A DNA stretch of 64,000 nt. It comes from Candidatus Yonathbacteria bacterium. Its GTDB lineage: Bacteria; Patescibacteriota; Minisyncoccia; Phycocordibacterales; UBA1550. Below, piece after piece: positions 8,990-17,400 of the stretch (within the stretch, counting starts at the first letter, position 1; each line of letters opens with the position of its first letter). The translations under genes and the position numbers were made by a program. The stretch lies in the NCBI GenBank assembly GCA_016215205.1, contig JACRKU010000024.1, positions 4,321 to 68,320 of the forward strand, written 5' to 3'. The notes below the pieces were generated by a model, which worked only from the letters and a program-made list of their open reading frames with translations, did no database searches and had not been told where the DNA came from.

Positions 8990-10402
8990 TTACTTCAACC
9001 CCTCTTCAAATAGCGTTTTGAACATCGCAGGATTCCCACTTCCCTTGCTTGCCTTCATTCCTTGCCCGATGAAAAACTGAAGGAGGGCGACTTTGCCCGA
9101 CTTGTAATCGGCTACCACCGTTGGATTCGCAGAAATAATTTCTGCTACCATTTTTTTGAGTGCCTCAACATCATTTTTCTGAATGAGATTGTTTTTCTCT
9201 GCAATTGCGCGAGGATCACCGCCTTCGGCGTACATTATTGCGAGTGTGTCTTTCGCGCCACGCGAAGATAAGTCGCCTGCTTTAATCATTGTCACGAGAT
9301 CAGCAAGTGATTTGCCAGTTACTCCTCCGATTGAGCCAGAGCTCTTCATAAGTCCCACAAAGTCAGAGGTAATATAGTTCTCAATGAGGGCGACGGATGG
9401 TCTGTCTCCGTCAATCGCATTCACAGCATCTTCAAAAAGTCTGCCGAGGATTTTGTCCGCGACAAACACTTCCGCATTTTCCGTCTTCACCCCATACTCA
9501 CGCACGAGGCGCGCGCGCTTCTCCCAAGGAAGTTCCGGCATTGTAGCTTTCAGTTTCTCATTTGAAAATTCCGGAATCTCGGAAATTTTTAATTTTGGCA
9601 AATCGGGGTCAGGGAAATAGCGATAATCATGCGCGCTTTCTTTTTTGCGTTGTGAAAATGTCTTCTGACCTCCTTCATCCCATCCGCGCGTCTCTTGCAC
9701 AATCTCGCCCGGACCACCGTCCAAGATTTTTGTCATACGCTCCACCTCATACACAATCGCGCGCTCAACCGAGCGAAACGAGTTTAAGTTTTTCACTTCT
9801 ACTTTCGTGCCTAGCTTATCGGTCTTTGATATTGAAATGTTTGCCTCCACGCGCATCTCCCCCTTTTCCATGTTTGCGTTCGATACGCCGAGAGTACGAA
9901 GGAGGAGCTGGAGCTCGCGCGCAAATGCGCCCGCTTCTTCTGCGGTGTGAATCACTGGCTTGGTTACGAGCTCCATGAGAGGCACACCCGCGCGATTGTA
10001 GTCCACGAGGCTTCCTTCGCTCCCCTCGTGCGACGAACTCGCGGTGTCTTCCTCCAAATGCACACGCTCAATAGCTATGCCATTTAACATTCCATTTGAA
10101 ACAAGCGGATATTTATACTGGCTAATCTGATACCCTTTTGGAATATCCGGATAAAAATAATTTTTGCGGTCAAACTCGGTGAAGTCCGCGAGGTCGCTCC
10201 CGAGCGCAGTGCCCACACGCAAAACATGATGCACCGCCTGTTTGTTGATGACCGGCAAAGTCCCCGGATGCGCCATGCACACAGGGCAAATGTTCACATT
10301 CGGCTCCGCATTAAACGGGTCGTTCGCCGAATTGCAAAACATTTTCGTTTTTGTTTTCAGCTCTGCGTGGACTTCCAGACCAACGGTTAGTTTGTAACTC
10401 AT
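8990..10402 (-). CDS. gatB: Asp-tRNA(Asn)/Glu-tRNA(Gln) amidotransferase subunit B
   Basis: Start moved from the track TTG (10447) to the in-frame ATG giving MSYKLTVGLEVHAEL..., the canonical GatB N-terminus. The GatB/YqeY C-terminal domain is present. Confidence 0.9.
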   Translation of the reverse strand: MSYKLTVGLEVHAELKTKTKMFCNSANDPFNAEPNVNICPVCMAHPGTLPVINKQAVHHVLRVGTALGSDLADFTEFDRKNYFYPDIPKGYQISQYKYPLVSNGMLNGIAIERVHLEEDTASSSHEGSEGSLVDYNRAGVPLMELVTKPVIHTAEEAGAFARELQLLLRTLGVSNANMEKGEMRVEANISISKTDKLGTKVEVKNLNSFRSVERAIVYEVERMTKILDGGPGEIVQETRGWDEGGQKTFSQRKKESAHDYRYFPDPDLPKLKISEIPEFSNEKLKATMPELPWEKRARLVREYGVKTENAEVFVADKILGRLFEDAVNAIDGDRPSVALIENYITSDFVGLMKSSGSIGGVTGKSLADLVTMIKAGDLSSRGAKDTLAIMYAEGGDPRAIAEKNNLIQKNDVEALKKMVAEIISANPTVVADYKSGKVALLQFFIGQGMKASKGSGNPAMFKTLFEEGLK

Positions 10403-10505
10403 AATGGGGAGTATATCGTCAAACGAGGAGCGGCGCAAACATAGCAATGTTTATGACGTCCGAGTGCCGACAATATATAGTAATCTATATAACACGAAAC
10501 CTATT

Positions 10506-10724
10506 TTATTTTTTATCCCACGCTTCCCTGCTTATCCCTGCTTGACGAAGAATCCTCACGAGCAAATCAACACTTATTTCTTTTTCGTGAGGGTTTGGGA
10601 TTGTAACCATGAGATTCCCTTTAACCATATATGGATGCTTTCCTTCCTTGTACGGTCCATCAAATCCAAACTTGCGGAGTCGTTGAATCAAAACGCGCAG
10701 AGAAACTGGTCCGAGTTTAGGCAT
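10506..10724 (-). CDS. hicA: Type II toxin HicA (YcfA-like mRNA interferase)
   Basis: 72 aa; LIQRLRKFGFDGPYKEGKHPYMVKG...LVRILRQAGIS follows the HicA pattern (l..Lek.Gw......GSHh.f.h......ip.H..kel..gtl..ilkqag). Confidence 0.75.
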   Translation of the reverse strand: MPKLGPVSLRVLIQRLRKFGFDGPYKEGKHPYMVKGNLMVTIPNPHEKEISVDLLVRILRQAGISREAWDKK

Positions 10725-10974
10725 AAACTTCTTTTTTCGTCTGTATCTTTAGTCGAGGCACTCTAAATCCAGGAATAGGAAGGTTCATTCGCAGACGAAG
10801 AATAACCCACCCCTCTAAAACACTTGCGAGCTCCTTACGGCATGACTCAAGAGTCTTCCCTGTCGCCCACACGCCTTTTAACTGAGGTATCTCGCCGTAG
10901 TACCGTTCCTTATTGTCGATAATTTCATAGCGAGCCTTATCCAAATATGACATTATGTAATCGTGAATCATCAT
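10717..10974 (-). CDS. hicB: Type II antitoxin HicB (N-terminal RNase-H-like domain)
   Basis: Motif YYGEIPQLKGVWATGKTLESCRKELASVLEGWV fits the HicB/UPF0150 pattern. The track start is TTG; in-frame ATGs lie at 10974, 10971 and 10953, so the start is uncertain. Overlaps hicA by 8 nt. Confidence 0.7.
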   Translation of the reverse strand: MMIHDYIMSYLDKARYEIIDNKERYYGEIPQLKGVWATGKTLESCRKELASVLEGWVILRLRMNLPIPGFRVPRLKIQTKKEVYA

Positions 10975-11089
10975 ACGCAAATGGTATCATGGCTAAAAAT
11001 CAAAATCAACGCACGCTGTCACCTAATTCTAATTTTGACCCCTAATTTTTCGTGACGGCACTAAACAAAGGTACCTGACCCCTAATTTT

Positions 11090-11173
11090 TCAAAATACCG
11101 AATGCTTTGCTCCTTCGCGAACAAGAGTGCATCCTTCCCTCAATAAATATCGCACAAGAATCACACGCTTCAT
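11090..11173 (-). pseudogene. HicA remnant (27 codons, ends at in-frame TGA)
   Basis: The ATG lies 3 nt after the upstream hicB-like stop. The product MKRVILVRYLLREGCTLVREGAKHSVF matches only the N-terminal half of HicA, then TGA. It sits in a region with direct repeats tgacccc(c)taatttttc. Confidence 0.4.
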
Positions 11174-11176
11174 ATA

Positions 11177-11395
11177 TTAAACTGTAACCAAAAGCGGTTC
11201 GCGACGCGCTGTTTTCCCTGCGTCATTTTGATTCACCAAACGGTTTGTTTCAATAACAAGCATGAGTGCGTCTTTTAGGTTTTCACGGACTTCTGCAATC
11301 GTGCGTCCTTGTGTATTCACGCCAGAAAGTTCCTCGACCCAGCCAAGGTACCATTTACCGCTTTTTTTATACACTGCTGTGAATTGCTGTTTCAT
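11177..11395 (-). CDS. HicB-like antitoxin (UPF0150 family)
   Basis: 72 aa; FTAVYKKSGKWYLGWVEELSGVNTQGRTIAEVRENLKDALMLVIE fits the HicB N-domain pattern. Confidence 0.6.
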   Translation of the reverse strand: MKQQFTAVYKKSGKWYLGWVEELSGVNTQGRTIAEVRENLKDALMLVIETNRLVNQNDAGKTARREPLLVTV

Positions 11396-11428
11396 GTTTG
11401 ATATATTACCACAGCCAATTATAGGCGT

Positions 11429-12409
11429 CTATGCCATTGATTTCAGTAATTTCAGTAGTTCATCCTGAAATACTTTCATTCCTTTATCATCAAGAATCGT
11501 GATGGCAAACACTTCCGAATGCGGGTAAGTTTTTTTGAATGCAGTCGCGACTTCTTTCACATGTTCGGGGGTCACCATGTCCGTTTTGGTGAGAATAATT
11601 ATTTCGTGCTTCGAAGCCAAGTCTTTATCAAAAGCAGAAAGTTCTTTGCGCACGGTTTCATACACCGCGAGTGGATCTTCATTTTCAAGTGACACTAAAT
11701 GCGCGAGCATTTTTGTGCGCTTTACATGGCGGAGGAATTTGTGACCGAGACCGCGTCCTTCTGATGCACCCTCAATGAGCCCCGGAATATCTGCGATGAT
11801 GAAACCGAAACATTCACCCAAGTTTGGTTCAAGTGTGGTGAAAGCATAGTCGGCAGTCTTTGCGCTCGCGCGCGTGAGGGCGTTCAGAAGCGACGACTTG
11901 CCTGCGTTAGGAAGACCGACAAGTCCGATGTCAGCAACAATCTGAAGTTCCAATTTAAAATCCGCTTCTTGTCCCTTTTGTCCCGGCACATGCTCTTTTG
12001 GCGTGCGGTTGGTTGCCGACTTAAAATGCTCATTACCAAAACCACCGCGACCACCCTTGAGCACCAAAGTCTCCGCGCCGTCTTTAAGGAGCTGATACTC
12101 CACGCCCGTATCGAGGTTCGTCACAATGGAACCAATCGGCAAATCCAATATAAAATCATTACCGTTTCTGCCGTGAAGGCTGTCATTGCCTCCATCGCCA
12201 GCGCGCTCTGCGGAAAATTCTTTTTGATGGCGGTATTTTGAAAGAATGTGCACATCACGAATGGCGCGAATGTACACATCCCCGCCCTTTCCGCCGTCGC
12301 CGCCGGAAGGCCCGGCAAATTCTTTTCCTTTTTCATGCTTAAGACGCATCACGCCGTTTCCGCCGTTGCCCGCCTTCATATGCATCGTCATTTCATCAAC
12401 AAAAGCCAT
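11429..12409 (-). CDS. obg: GTPase Obg/CgtA
   Basis: Start moved to the ATG giving MAFVDEMTMHMKAGNGGNG (Obg fold N-terminus). Contains G1 GLPNAGKSSLL and G3 DIPGLIEGA motifs. Confidence 0.9.
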   Translation of the reverse strand: MAFVDEMTMHMKAGNGGNGVMRLKHEKGKEFAGPSGGDGGKGGDVYIRAIRDVHILSKYRHQKEFSAERAGDGGNDSLHGRNGNDFILDLPIGSIVTNLDTGVEYQLLKDGAETLVLKGGRGGFGNEHFKSATNRTPKEHVPGQKGQEADFKLELQIVADIGLVGLPNAGKSSLLNALTRASAKTADYAFTTLEPNLGECFGFIIADIPGLIEGASEGRGLGHKFLRHVKRTKMLAHLVSLENEDPLAVYETVRKELSAFDKDLASKHEIIILTKTDMVTPEHVKEVATAFKKTYPHSEVFAITILDDKGMKVFQDELLKLLKSMA

Positions 12410-12444
12410 AGTAAAATTAGTTAAATCCAACTATATCACAAAAA

Positions 12445-13347
12445 TTACAGAGCGTCCACTGCTATTTTTGCGAGCGCGAGCGCGCCTTCTTTCGAGCCAG
12501 CCACAGCGATAAAAAGTTTATTGTGACAAAAAAGAGCGTCGTCTACTCCGGAAACTTCCGCCAATTCTTTCCCTGTCTTTCCCGCCCACGCACTCGGCAA
12601 ATTCTTCCTGTTTTTAAACGAATGCACATCGCCTCGCACCGCTTCTATTTTCCACTTGCCCATATTCCCGCGATCCGGCTTTACGACAAAAAGCGGTTCC
12701 GGCTTTGTGCCGAGCGCTTCATACCACAAATAATGGTCGTCAAGAATGATGATGCGTTTGTCCGCGGCACGAATGTATGCTTCTTCCGCGTGTTTTTTCC
12801 CTTCTTCCTCTGTTCGCGTGCGCACTATTTCTCGCGACAAAATTTTTTCTGCCACCGCGACTGCTTCAAAAAATCCTTCGTCTTCGGTGCGCGCTTCATT
12901 CCATCCGGGACGAAATGCGCTTATCACGTCTTGAAGAATATACGGAGCGACTTCCCCACGAACACCGAATGTCTCAAAACCATTGTCCCCCGCGTCAACC
13001 GGTTGAACGAGACGCTTGTCAATAATACTCATTGCGTACGGAGAGCCTGCAATCTTTTCCCCAAATTCCTTCCACACCAACCCAAATGATGAATAAGGGA
13101 CGCCATTTTCACGACTACCCGCTCCGCCGCTCTGATGGTGGTCAAACCGCCCGCGCGAAGCATCGTACTCGCCACCCACATCCACCACATAGTCGCCTTT
13201 TGCCCATACTTCCGGCTCGCGACTGCGCGCGATTTCTACATTCCCATCATGCAAAACAGAAAGGACTGCGCATGCAAAAACCTCATCAGTATGGAAATTA
13301 CCGCTGTGGGTGACTATCAGAAGATTCTTCGAGTTCTTTTTGTCCAT
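12445..13347 (-). CDS. MYG1 family (UPF0160) metal-dependent hydrolase
   Basis: 300 aa; THSGNFHTDEVFAC and DHHQ blocks typical of the MYG1/GAMM1 family. Confidence 0.75.
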   Translation of the reverse strand: MDKKNSKNLLIVTHSGNFHTDEVFACAVLSVLHDGNVEIARSREPEVWAKGDYVVDVGGEYDASRGRFDHHQSGGAGSRENGVPYSSFGLVWKEFGEKIAGSPYAMSIIDKRLVQPVDAGDNGFETFGVRGEVAPYILQDVISAFRPGWNEARTEDEGFFEAVAVAEKILSREIVRTRTEEEGKKHAEEAYIRAADKRIIILDDHYLWYEALGTKPEPLFVVKPDRGNMGKWKIEAVRGDVHSFKNRKNLPSAWAGKTGKELAEVSGVDDALFCHNKLFIAVAGSKEGALALAKIAVDAL

Positions 13348-13921
13348 AGTATTTAGATGTCGAGCGTTGAATCAGGATAAACCCTATCACAAAAATGAGC
13401 GCAATCAAAGCAAATTGCGCCGCCCTGTGCGTGACGGCAAGCGCCGCGTGTCCAAACATAAAACCAACCACTGAAAAAATCGCGACCCAAGCAAACGAAG
13501 CAATCAGCTCCGCTTTTATAAAAAGCTGAAATTTCACGCGCACAATCCCCGACAATACGAGCGCTGCGTGGTTTGCGCCATAAATAAATTTGGAAAGAAA
13601 AATCGAGTTGAACGGATTCTCGCGAAAACGCGGCAAAAGAATCAGGACTGTCCTTTCGGCGGCGCGCATAAGGAACAAAAATTTTCTTGAACGTGCGGTG
13701 AACATTCCGAGCCAATACCAAAATATGTCGCCAACCATCACACCGGCAAAAGACACCCACAAAACATCGCCGAGGTCCAGAGCTTTTAATCGCGCGAGTA
13801 TTCCCGCGACGATAAGAAACATTTCCCCTTCTGCCACCATTGCGAGGAAAAGAACGACATACCCCAAAACACGGTGGTCCTGCACAAACAAAATAAAAAA
13901 ATCGATAGATTGCTCGAGCAT
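13298..13921 (-). CDS. DedA/SNARE-associated (VTT-domain) membrane protein
   Basis: 207 aa, multi-TM; FLAMVAEGEMFLIVAG and IYGANHAALVLSG blocks of the DedA family. Its 3' end overlaps the MYG1 start by about 50 nt. Confidence 0.75.
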   Translation of the reverse strand: MLEQSIDFFILFVQDHRVLGYVVLFLAMVAEGEMFLIVAGILARLKALDLGDVLWVSFAGVMVGDIFWYWLGMFTARSRKFLFLMRAAERTVLILLPRFRENPFNSIFLSKFIYGANHAALVLSGIVRVKFQLFIKAELIASFAWVAIFSVVGFMFGHAALAVTHRAAQFALIALIFVIGFILIQRSTSKYYGQKELEESSDSHPQR

Positions 13922-13923
13922 AA

Positions 13924-14265
13924 CTATTCTTTAGAAAATATGACGTGCATGACAGAGCTTACCGCGGAAACAACGAGTGACCCGATGAGCGCCGGCACGA
14001 AACCAGCCACCTCGAAACCCTTTACAAACGACCCGACTCCCCAAAAAAGAAGAGCATTCACGACAAACGAAAAAAGCCCGAAGGTGATGAGTGTAATCGG
14101 AAACGCGACGAGCAAAATGAGCGGACGCACGACCGTATTCAGGATACCGAAAAACGCCGCGACAAGGAGCGCAGTGCCAAATGATGTTATTGTAATTCCT
14201 GGCACAAACGAAGGAAGAGCGAGAATCGTAAGCGCTACAATAATCCATTTCGCAATGAGTTTCAT
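13924..14265 (-). CDS. Small four-TM membrane protein, phage-holin-family-like (PF04020/DUF360-like)
   Basis: 113 aa with four predicted TM helices; resembles the phage holin 4 family common in bacterial genomes. Function uncertain. Confidence 0.5.
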   Translation of the reverse strand: MKLIAKWIIVALTILALPSFVPGITITSFGTALLVAAFFGILNTVVRPLILLVAFPITLITFGLFSFVVNALLFWGVGSFVKGFEVAGFVPALIGSLVVSAVSSVMHVIFSKE

Positions 14266-14276
14266 TGTTTAAAAAG

Positions 14277-15251
14277 TTAGGCGAGCGCGTTCGGCGCGGT
14301 GCGACCCGAAAGATGTTCAATGATGTTCGTTGCGACCAACTCCGCCATTTTTGTGCGTGTTTCTTCGGTTGCTGAAGCGAGGTGCGGGTTCACCACCACA
14401 TTCTGCAAAGTTAAAAGTTCAGGTGTTATGTTCGGTTCAAACTCAAACACATCAAGCGCCGCGCCGCGAATGGTTCCTGCTTTGAGCGCGGAAACAAGCG
14501 CAAGCTCGTCCACCACAGGTCCGCGCGAAGTATTTACAAGGAGCGCGCTCTTCTTCATGAGCGCAAGACGCTCCTTGTTGATAAGGTGGTGTGTCGCAGG
14601 AAGGAGCGGCACATGAATACTCACCACGTCGGACTGCGCGAGCACTTCTTCGTATGTCGTGTAGTGCTTCGCATCACACAGAGCTTCAAGCGCTTCATTT
14701 TTCTTGGTGTCATAATAAACAATCTTCATTCCAAAACCATTGTACAAAATCCCCGCAACCTCGGAGCCGATGCGTCCGGCGCCCACGAGACCAAGCGTCT
14801 TGTTTTTGATGTCTGTCCCCAAAAGAAGCATCGGCTCCCATCCGACAAATTTCCCCTCGCGAATAAAGCGGTCCCCTTCTGCAGTGCGAGAAGCAAGTGT
14901 TAAAATAAGCGCCACCGTATGCTCGGCGACGGTCGCCGTGAGAACCTCGGGGGTATTGGTTACCACTATTCCGCGCTCTTTCGCCTTGGGAATATCAATG
15001 TGATTAAAACCAACTGAATAGCTTGCAATTATTTTTACCGATGGGGGCATCGCCGCAATCATATCTGCGTCAATAGTGTCGGTAAGAAGAGGGACAACCG
15101 CATCATACGGCGCCTGCGCCAAAGCCTTCTTCAACTCATCGCGCGTAAGCACACCATCTTTTGAGCTTACGGTCACCCCGTATCCCGCCCCGCGCAACAT
15201 TTCTTCGGCGCGCGCCGGAATGCGTCTCGTCATAAATATCTGTTTTGTCAT
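14277..15251 (-). CDS. D-isomer-specific 2-hydroxyacid dehydrogenase (glyoxylate/hydroxypyruvate reductase-like)
   Basis: Start moved to the ATG giving MTKQIFMTRRIPARAEEML... NAD-binding motif GLVGAGRIGSEVA; catalytic R/E/H positions present. Confidence 0.8.
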   Translation of the reverse strand: MTKQIFMTRRIPARAEEMLRGAGYGVTVSSKDGVLTRDELKKALAQAPYDAVVPLLTDTIDADMIAAMPPSVKIIASYSVGFNHIDIPKAKERGIVVTNTPEVLTATVAEHTVALILTLASRTAEGDRFIREGKFVGWEPMLLLGTDIKNKTLGLVGAGRIGSEVAGILYNGFGMKIVYYDTKKNEALEALCDAKHYTTYEEVLAQSDVVSIHVPLLPATHHLINKERLALMKKSALLVNTSRGPVVDELALVSALKAGTIRGAALDVFEFEPNITPELLTLQNVVVNPHLASATEETRTKMAELVATNIIEHLSGRTAPNALA

Positions 15252-15364
15252 ATACTCAATATTATACCATGAGGACTCTAGCGTGTGCACGTTGCCCGTT
15301 TGAAAAAAACATGGTATACAGACTATACGTTTACGCCCCGTAACCGCGGGCATTTTTACCAAAA
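15252..15364. promoter_or_regulatory. Divergent promoter region between the 2-hydroxyacid DH and GT2 synthase genes, with 8-bp inverted repeat
   Basis: ataccatg ... catggtat inverted repeat separated by about 37 bp; AT-rich. No sigma-70-like consensus could be placed with confidence. Confidence 0.3.
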
Positions 15365-16606
15365 ATGGTCGAAACATTTTTCAACAGCATTCTTTATGTA
15401 TTCCTCTTTCTCACCCTCTATCTCGAGGTGTTTTTTCTCATTACCTTTTTTGAAGAGCGGCTAAAGCTAGGCATCATATCCGTACGCGCAAAACTTTCCC
15501 GATATCCCTCCGTCACTATTATTGTCCCATGCTGGAACGAGGAAAAAACTGTTTCAAAAACAGTCGACTCTCTTCTCGCGCTCCATTACCCGAAAGACAA
15601 ACTCGAAATTTTCATTATTGATGACGGCTCAACCGACCGCACGTGGGAAGTCGTGCAAAAATTTGCAAAAAACACGCAGGTGAAACTTTTCCGCAAAGAG
15701 AACGGCGGAAAACACACTGCGGTAAACTTTGGCATTGAAAATTCCACGGGCGAGCTTGTTGGATGCCTCGACGCGGATTCATTCGTAGACAAAGATGCGC
15801 TCCACGAAATCGCAAGTGCTTTCAACGAAGACCGGCAAATGATGGCGGCAACGCCGATGCTTGTCGTTCATGAGCCGAAAACAATTCTTCAAAAAATGCA
15901 AAAAACAGAGTACCATACGGGCGCATTTTTGAAACGAATGCTTTCGCCTCTTGACGCTATCACGGTGACACCCGGACCATTTTCCATTTTTCGCCGAGAA
16001 GTATTCAAAAAAATCGGCCTCTACAAAAAAGCGCACAATACAGAGGATATGGAATTTGCGCTCCGTATGCAGGCAAACCACATGCGTATCAGGAATGTTC
16101 ACACGGCGCAGGTGCACACCACAACACCCGGAACGCTCTACACGCTCTATCGCCAGCGCCTGCGCTGGGCATACGGCATAATGAAAAATACGCTTGATTA
16201 TCGCTTTATGATTTTCCGGAGCGAGTACGGCATCCTCGGAACGATTGCGCTCCCTTTGTCATTCTTTGGTGTCTTTATTTTTCTCTACAATTTCGGCTTT
16301 ATCGTATTTCATATAGCGCGCGTAATTATAAGCAAAACGGTAGAGATAAGCACCGTCGGACTTTCGTTCGCGCTTCCCCGCGCCGATTCGTTTTTCTTTA
16401 ACACCGATTTTATGTCAATCCTTTCGTATGTCTTTCTTGGGCTTGGGCTGGTCATCATTTGGAACGGGGTCAAGCTCGCGGAGGGGCGTTTCCGTCCAAG
16501 TTCCGGTATCTTTTATTTCATTTTCCTTTATGGTATTGTGGCACCAATCTGGTTTACTCGCGCCGTTGTCAATGTCGCCATTTCTCGAGGCACATCATGG
16601 CGATAG
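15365..16606 (+). CDS. Processive family-2 glycosyltransferase (NodC/HasA/IcaA/PgaC-like polysaccharide synthase)
   Basis: 413 aa: N-terminal TM helices; GT-A core with IVPCWNEE, DDGSTD and DADS (DxD); C-terminal QRLRWAYG (QxxRW processivity motif) followed by 3-4 TM helices. Size class matches NodC/HasA/IcaA. Confidence 0.8.
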   Translation: MVETFFNSILYVFLFLTLYLEVFFLITFFEERLKLGIISVRAKLSRYPSVTIIVPCWNEEKTVSKTVDSLLALHYPKDKLEIFIIDDGSTDRTWEVVQKFAKNTQVKLFRKENGGKHTAVNFGIENSTGELVGCLDADSFVDKDALHEIASAFNEDRQMMAATPMLVVHEPKTILQKMQKTEYHTGAFLKRMLSPLDAITVTPGPFSIFRREVFKKIGLYKKAHNTEDMEFALRMQANHMRIRNVHTAQVHTTTPGTLYTLYRQRLRWAYGIMKNTLDYRFMIFRSEYGILGTIALPLSFFGVFIFLYNFGFIVFHIARVIISKTVEISTVGLSFALPRADSFFFNTDFMSILSYVFLGLGLVIIWNGVKLAEGRFRPSSGIFYFIFLYGIVAPIWFTRAVVNVAISRGTSWR

Positions 16607-16624
16607 GATAGTCGCTACCAAACC

Positions 16625-17332
16625 ATGCGCGCAAAAATCGAAACAAAAAAATATGTATTCGCCTTCATTATTGCCGCAATAGTGTTTTTCGGCGCGCTCG
16701 GCGTGAGCAACCGCTTTTCGGAAAAACGCATCGCGGAAATTAAAACAGTCGAAGATAAAATATCTCTGGATATTCTTTCGTCTGAAACGCAATTCGCGCT
16801 CCTAAAAGAATCTTCGTGCAGGGCCATCGACCACGGAACCGCATTTTCAGAGGAGCTGGGTTCTCTCGCGGCAAAACTCTCATATATGGAAGACAATTTG
16901 GGTAACAATAACCCCAATGTGATAAGCCTCAAAAAATACTATTCTCTCCTCCAGATCAAGGACTACCTTTTGGTCGCGCAAATCAAAGAAAAATGCGGCA
17001 CTAAACCCATTACAGTCATTTATTTCTACTCCAACAATGGCGACTGCGATGATTGCAAAAAAGAAGGATATGTTTTGACAAAACTCCGCGAGGAATATCC
17101 TGAACTTCGCATTTACTCGTTTGACTACAACCTCGACCTTTCCGCGGTTAAAACAATGAAGTCAATCCAGGGGGTGCAAAACAAACTCCCCGCGCTGGTC
17201 ATTTGGGATGAACCATACTACGGTTTCAAGAGCGCCGAGGATGTTGAAAAAATAATTCCACAACTCAAACGCCTCCGCGCCGTGCGCGAAAAAGCCGAGG
17301 CCGCAAAAAGCGCAACAAGCACCAAGAAATAG
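16625..17332 (+). CDS. Membrane-anchored thioredoxin-fold protein with CxxC motif
   Basis: 235 aa; one N-terminal TM helix; VIYFYSNNGDCDDCKK (CxxC) and ...LPALVIW (cis-Pro loop) indicate a thioredoxin fold. It lies 19 nt downstream of the GT2 gene on the same strand. Confidence 0.6.
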   Translation: MRAKIETKKYVFAFIIAAIVFFGALGVSNRFSEKRIAEIKTVEDKISLDILSSETQFALLKESSCRAIDHGTAFSEELGSLAAKLSYMEDNLGNNNPNVISLKKYYSLLQIKDYLLVAQIKEKCGTKPITVIYFYSNNGDCDDCKKEGYVLTKLREEYPELRIYSFDYNLDLSAVKTMKSIQGVQNKLPALVIWDEPYYGFKSAEDVEKIIPQLKRLRAVREKAEAAKSATSTKK

Positions 17333-17376
17333 GACATAGAAAAAATCCGCCTTTGGGCGGATTTTTTCTATGTCCT
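17331..17376. terminator. Strong bidirectional intrinsic terminator
   Basis: 21-bp perfect stem aggacatagaaaaaatccgcc-tttg-ggcggattttttctatgtcct between convergent genes. Confidence 0.75.
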
Positions 17377-17400
17377 AAACTCTACTTTCTAATTTCTATT

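Noticed and set aside
4619-11092. Alternative genetic code (TGA read as Gly/Trp), suggested by in-frame TGAs in two toxin genes
   Set aside because: About 60 other genes, including all long conserved ones (SecA 820 aa, MurC/D, GatB), have no internal TGA. TGA also functions as a genuine stop in at least five genes (for example 34619-34621, directly followed by a terminator). So this is the standard code with TGA simply rare; the toxin TGAs are best read as nonsense mutations.
13924-14265. Treating the holin-family-like gene as evidence of a prophage
   Set aside because: No other phage genes (terminase, capsid, integrase, endolysin) are nearby. PF04020-type small membrane proteins are widespread chromosomal genes.
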